From NCBI GenBank assembly GCA_038205935.1, contig JBBRBK010000058.1, forward strand, positions 1 through 11,909: a DNA stretch of 11,909 nt, written 5' to 3'. The notes under the pieces are model-generated. The model ran no database searches and was not told the origin of the DNA. It saw only the letters and a list, made by a program, of their open reading frames with translations. Shown here in pieces: positions 8,559 through 11,909 of this stretch. The number at the start of each line of letters is the position of its first letter. The first letter of the stretch is position 1. The translations under genes were made by a program, and so were the position numbers. This stretch comes from Campylobacterales bacterium. GTDB taxonomy: Bacteria; Campylobacterota; Campylobacteria; Campylobacterales; Sulfurimonadaceae.

Positions 8559-8623
8559 CTAAATATTTCCTTTAATAATCAATCGATGTATTCTATTCAC
8601 AACTTACTTTAAGAAAGATAAGT

Positions 8624-9598
8624 TTATCTTTTTTTAAGCATCTGGGCAACCTCTTTTGCATGATAAGAGATAATTATATCCGCTCCAGCGCGTTTAAAAG
8701 CCACCATAGTTTCCATCACGACACGCTCGTAGTCTATAAGATTATTCATTCCAGCAAATTTCAACATCGCATATTCGCCGCTGACGTTATAAACAGCCAA
8801 AGGAAGAGAGGTATTTTCTTTCACATCACGAATGATATCGAGGTAAGCAAGAGCCGGTTTGACCATCAAAATATCCGCACCTTGCTGTTCATCGGCGATG
8901 CTCTCAGCGATCGCTTCACGTCTGTTTGCCGGGTCCATCTGATAACTTGCACGGTCACCAAAAGATGGAGTAGATTCTGCCACATCACGAAATGGTCCGT
9001 AATATCCGCTTGCAAATTTTGTAGAGTAGCTCATAATAGGCAGGTTTTCAAAACCATTTGCATCAAGCGCAGTTCGAAGTGTTTGGATAATACCATCCAT
9101 CATTCCCGATGGTGCGATCATATCCGCTCCAGCTCTTGCATGTACTAGCACTTGAGAAGCTGAGATTTCCAAAGTCGCATCATTATCAACGGTCTCGTGA
9201 ATATGATCGATGATACCGCAATGTCCGTGATCTGTGTACTCACAAAAACAAAGGTCAGTGACTACAAACATCTCAGGATGGGCTTTTTTTACAGCACGAA
9301 CCGCTTGAGCGATAATGCCGTTTTCACTTAGGGCATCTGAACCGATAGAATCTTTTACATCAGGAATTCCAAAAAGGATGATGGAAAAAATTCCTAGAGA
9401 TTTTAACTCCTCACACTCTTTGACTATCTCATCGATACTCATCTGAAATACACCCGGCATTGAAGCCACTTCTGTTTTTATCCCCTCTCCAGAGCGTGCA
9501 AAAAGTGGATAAATAAAATCATTTACACTCACGGTTGTTTCTCTTACAAGAGCACGAAGATGAGGGTTAAGTCTTGTTCTGCGAAAACGTTGAAACAT
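8624..9598 (-). CDS. hemB: Porphobilinogen synthase (ALA dehydratase), Zn-type, 324 aa
   Basis: Zn site '[14 protein letters not shown]', plus 'APSGMMDG', 'YGPFRD', 'LMVKPA' and 'YNVSGEY'. Confidence 0.97.
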   Translation of the reverse strand: MFQRFRRTRLNPHLRALVRETTVSVNDFIYPLFARSGEGIKTEVASMPGVFQMSIDEIVKECEELKSLGIFSIILFGIPDVKDSIGSDALSENGIIAQAVRAVKKAHPEMFVVTDLCFCEYTDHGHCGIIDHIHETVDNDATLEISASQVLVHARAGADMIAPSGMMDGIIQTLRTALDANGFENLPIMSYSTKFASGYYGPFRDVAESTPSFGDRASYQMDPANRREAIAESIADEQQGADILMVKPALAYLDIIRDVKENTSLPLAVYNVSGEYAMLKFAGMNNLIDYERVVMETMVAFKRAGADIIISYHAKEVAQMLKKR

Positions 9599-9619
9599 AA
9601 TAGTACCTTTATCATTATT

Positions 9620-9652
9620 TGATATAATTTTGAAAAATATTATCTTATTCTA
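9620..9652. promoter_or_regulatory. Face-to-face -10 boxes for ribA (+) and hemB (-)
   Basis: Plus strand TGATATAAT (9620-9628, extended -10); minus strand TAGAAT (9647-9652). Confidence 0.5.
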
Positions 9653-9672
9653 TCTATTTAAAGTTTAAACAA

Positions 9673-10236
9673 ATGAAAATAACTATATCAGAAGTTGCAA
9701 ACCTTCCTTCGCGCTTTGGAAATTTTAAAGTAAAAGCTTTCAAAGAAGCTCACAAAGAGCATCTTGTCATCTATAAAGAAAATTTAGATGAAATCCCTAT
9801 CGTGCGAGTGCATTCAGAGTGTTTGACGGGCGATGCACTTGGAAGCTTGAAGTGTGATTGTAGAGATCAGCTTGAAGTTGCCCTAAAGATGGCTGAAGAG
9901 TTTAACGGAATGGTGATCTATCTTCGTCAAGAAGGACGCAATATCGGGCTTTTAAATAAGATCAACGCGTATGCGCTTCAAGATAAAGGGTTTAATACCG
10001 TAGAAGCAAACCATCAGTTAGGTTTTGCGGCGGATGAGAGAACTTACGAAATGGTCACATATATACTCAATCATTTTGGCATCAAAAAAATTAAACTGCT
10101 TACAAATAATCCTGCAAAAGTAAATTCGATTGAAAATATAGAGATCGTAGAACGCTTGCCTATCATCATCGAGCCAAATAAATATAATGAAGACTACTTA
10201 CATGTAAAGCGTGATGAGATGGGACATCTACTCTAA
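9673..10236 (+). CDS. ribA: GTP cyclohydrolase II (187 aa)
   Basis: Motifs 'VRVHSECLTGD..GSLKCDCRDQL', 'YLRQEGRNIGL', 'LLTNNP' and 'K...MGHLL'. Confidence 0.97.
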   Translation: MKITISEVANLPSRFGNFKVKAFKEAHKEHLVIYKENLDEIPIVRVHSECLTGDALGSLKCDCRDQLEVALKMAEEFNGMVIYLRQEGRNIGLLNKINAYALQDKGFNTVEANHQLGFAADERTYEMVTYILNHFGIKKIKLLTNNPAKVNSIENIEIVERLPIIIEPNKYNEDYLHVKRDEMGHLL

Positions 10237-10245
10237 GTAAACCGC

Positions 10246-10638
10246 TTAAAGGTTTGCAATTGACTTGATCCAAGTCTCAGTGAGCGTGTGAAGTTCCTCG
10301 TTTGGAACTTGAAGCATATCGATAGAAAATGAGTTTTCAAGCTCACAAATCCCAATGCTTCTTGGACGAACCGCAAGCATTTTAGGGCTTGGAAGTTGTT
10401 TTCCAAAACAAAAAATCAAGTTTTTTGCATCTTTTATCTCTGGATTTATCACACCATCTGCCATGGAACTTGTATGTTCATAATGGTCAAAAACTGCAAT
10501 AAATATGGCGATAGGATGAGCTTCTATCTTCGCTTTGAGATACTCAATGATCTCAGTTACACTTGTGAAAGATGTTTCATTTTTTTGAATTTCTAGTGAA
10601 AAAACTGGATATTTTTCCATAAAAATTGTTTTTGTCAT
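10246..10638 (-). CDS. Conserved hypothetical protein, DUF6858-like (130 aa)
   Basis: 'MEKYPVFSLE', 'AVFDHYEHT', 'FCFG' and 'LAVRPRSIGICE' recalled as this family (from memory, not searched); AAAGGA RBS. Confidence 0.65.
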   Translation of the reverse strand: MTKTIFMEKYPVFSLEIQKNETSFTSVTEIIEYLKAKIEAHPIAIFIAVFDHYEHTSSMADGVINPEIKDAKNLIFCFGKQLPSPKMLAVRPRSIGICELENSFSIDMLQVPNEELHTLTETWIKSIANL

Positions 10639-10651
10639 ACTTTTCCTTTAT

Positions 10652-10783
10652 TTAGTGAGCGCTACATGTACCGCTGTTTATTTTTTGTACAGATCCATTG
10701 ATAAATGCTGCGACACTCTCTTCAACTGTCGCACTTTCTTTATCGAAGTATACAGCTAAACCTATTTTTGTGCTAAAAAATTT
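10652..10783 (-). pseudogene. Start-less 43-codon frame resembling the C-terminal third of a second NifB/NifX-family protein (relic or frameshift extension)
   Basis: Translates as KFFSTKIGLAVYFDKESATVEESVAAFINGSVQKINSGTCSAH*. It fills the whole gap and its TAA (10652-10654) abuts the RBS of the next gene. Confidence 0.6.
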
Positions 10784-11130
10784 TTAACAATTTCACTTGC
10801 GATGTGACCATCTTTTTCTCTAATCTTTTTGATCTTGATATTAAAAGATTCTAACGCTTCTCTCATATGTTCACCTACCATCTGAACAAGTATAACATCG
10901 CATCCAGCAAGTCCTGCAACATCCTTTTTATGATGACCTAGATGCTCTGCATCATCCTCTGCGTGTTCATGTTCATGCTCATCATCGTGATGATTATGTC
11001 CATCTTTTCCATGCGCATTTGCAATTACTGTTTCAAATACTCCATCTTCAAATATCGCAAAGAATGGAGCTTGTCCTGTTCTTTTAAAAATTGTCTCTTT
11101 GTCGTTATCGACTGGTACTGCTATTCTCAT
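10762..11130 (-). CDS. NifB/NifX-family (dinitrogenase FeMo-cofactor biosynthesis-like fold) protein with His/acidic-rich insert, 122 aa
   Basis: 'MRIAVPV...GQAPFFAIF' and 'GCDVILVQMVGEHMREALESFNIKI' fit the family pattern; CAGGAG RBS; possible TAGAAT -10 at 11154-11159. Confidence 0.85.
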   Translation of the reverse strand: MRIAVPVDNDKETIFKRTGQAPFFAIFEDGVFETVIANAHGKDGHNHHDDEHEHEHAEDDAEHLGHHKKDVAGLAGCDVILVQMVGEHMREALESFNIKIKKIREKDGHIASEIVKNFLAQK

Positions 11131-11166
11131 TTTTTTCTCCTGTAATTTTTTTTATTCTAAACAACT

Positions 11167-11197
11167 GAAAAACTCCCTTTTGACAAAGGGAATTTTC
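11167..11197 (-). terminator. Intrinsic terminator of the cydB-small ORF transcript
   Basis: Minus strand AAAATTCCCTTT-GTCA-AAAGGGAGTTTTT: stem with a G-U pair (works only on the minus strand) ending in a U run. Confidence 0.75.
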
Positions 11198-11243
11198 ATT
11201 ATAAATAAAAATTTTTTAGAGGAACAAGTTTTAGCAAAGATTA

Positions 11244-11387
11244 TCACTTCTCTGCTTTGAGTCTTGCTTCTTCTTCAAAAACTTCCAAGCGTTCCATATT
11301 GAGATGGTGGCGTATATTGAGATATACAAACTTCCATGTGATAAAAATGACAATAGGCCAAGTAGCATACCAGATTAAAGATTCCAT
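11244..11387 (-). CDS. Small single-pass membrane protein (47 aa), candidate cytochrome bd accessory subunit; absent from the ORF track
   Basis: MESLIWYATWPIVIFITWKFVYLNIRHHLNMERLEVFEEEARLKAEK*. AAGGAG RBS between the cydB stop and the ATG (11-nt gap), tandem TGA TAA stops, terminator downstream. Confidence 0.8.
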   Translation of the reverse strand: MESLIWYATWPIVIFITWKFVYLNIRHHLNMERLEVFEEEARLKAEK

Positions 11388-11398
11388 GAAACTCCTTT

Positions 11399-11908
11399 TT
11401 AGTAGTGGTGAGGATCGGACTGAACCTCAGCGATTGTAATTTTTTCTTTATCTAAAGCTCTCCATGCCCATACAATGTAAGCCAAAACAAAAGGTACCAT
11501 CAAAGATACATAGCTCATCGTTACAAGGGTAAAACGGCTGCTTGAGCTGTTAGCGATTGTGAGGGAACTTTGTAGATCGTGTAGTGATGGATAATACGCT
11601 GTATCTCCAAGACCAACAAGTAAAAATAGTCCCATTCCAACAAGTACAGTTCCAAGTCCGCTAAACCAGATCCCTTTTTTACTCTCTTTAAAAAGAGTTA
11701 TAAATACACCAAAAAGCAGTAAAACAGCGCCGAGTAAAATCATCCCTGATACCAAAGGCATTGCAAGTAGGTTATGGAGATATTTATGCGGTTCAATCGA
11801 GATTATTTTTGTTGCACTATTGAGAGCAAATCCATCTGTTGTGAGAAGGAAAAGTGTCACATAAACAAAAGCTACCAAAAAAAGCAGAGTATGCACTTTT
11901 AATGACCC
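11399..11908 (-). CDS. cydB: Cytochrome bd ubiquinol oxidase subunit II, 3' part only (frame open to the window edge)
   Basis: C-terminal 'YPS...QSSLTIANSSSSRFTLVTMSYVSLMVPFVLAYIVWAWRAL' is typical of CydB; several TM helices; the track's GTG at 11896 is internal. Confidence 0.88.
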   Translation of the reverse strand, partial: GSLKVHTLLFLVAFVYVTLFLLTTDGFALNSATKIISIEPHKYLHNLLAMPLVSGMILLGAVLLLFGVFITLFKESKKGIWFSGLGTVLVGMGLFLLVGLGDTAYYPSLHDLQSSLTIANSSSSRFTLVTMSYVSLMVPFVLAYIVWAWRALDKEKITIAEVQSDPHHY

Positions 11909-11909
11909 T

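Larger units (their letters stand above)
2304..10670. repeat. Dispersed palindromic octamer TACATGTA, six copies
   Basis: Copies at 2304-2311, 2431-2438, 4902-4909, 6824-6831, 10199-10206 and 10663-10670. Confidence 0.8.

Noticed and set aside
4876..9148. + strand ORFs at 4876, 5487, 5941, 6857 and 8660
   Set aside because: All lie antisense within well-supported genes (antiporter, cytochrome, hemB) and show no recognisable protein features.
9606..9630. Fur-box-like ATAATGATAA upstream of hemB
   Set aside because: Only a partial match in very AT-rich DNA overlapping the RBS and -10 elements; not distinguishable from chance.
10709..10733. TGCGACA/TGTCGCA hairpin as a terminator or ncRNA
   Set aside because: It has an 11-nt loop, no U-tract on the coding (minus) strand, and lies inside the NifX-like remnant frame.
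11296..11323. Direct repeat ATATTGAGAT twice
   Set aside because: Only two short copies inside the small ORF (repeated Leu-Asn codons); not a CRISPR array or tandem repeat.
10396..11439. + strand ORFs 10396-10596, 10942-11145 and 11257-11439
   Set aside because: Antisense to better-supported minus-strand genes. The hydrophobic look of 10942-11145 is just the reverse complement of the His/Asp/Glu codons.
2339..11908. Apparent heme-themed cluster (hemJ, pentaheme cytochrome, hemB, cydB)
   Set aside because: The genes sit in separate transcription units interleaved with unrelated housekeeping genes, and no shared regulatory motif was seen.
1..11909. GATC abundance
   Set aside because: About 60 copies by eye against roughly 40 expected from base composition. 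The excess is modest and could come from ATC/GAT codon usage.

Overview
AT-rich chromosomal window that looks like a Sulfurimonas-type Campylobacterota genome (inferred from the LPP20 lipoprotein, the ribA/hemB/argF gene order and TATAAT/TAGAAT -10 boxes without clear -35 boxes). Gene order: LPP20-family lipoprotein (+), der (+), hemJ (-), 201-aa outer-membrane beta-barrel (-), short HPF/RaiA (-), trpS (+), CPA1 Na+/H+ antiporter (-), pentaheme cytochrome c (-), argF (-), hemB (-), ribA (+), DUF6858-like protein (-), His-rich NifB/NifX-family protein (-), and the 3' part of cydB (-). No RNA gene, mobile element or CRISPR array was seen. Main observations beyond the ORF track: (1) a 47-aa single-TM ORF directly behind cydB, a candidate small cytochrome bd subunit; (2) a start-less 43-codon NifX-like C-terminal frame in the -1 frame behind the NifX gene, entered through an in-phase U_UUU_UUA heptamer, so either a frameshift extension or a deletion relic; (3) the palindrome TACATGTA six times, about 15-fold above a rough expectation and reminiscent of cyanobacterial HIP1; (4) an RBS-occluding hairpin overlapped by an internal -10 box in front of the beta-barrel gene.
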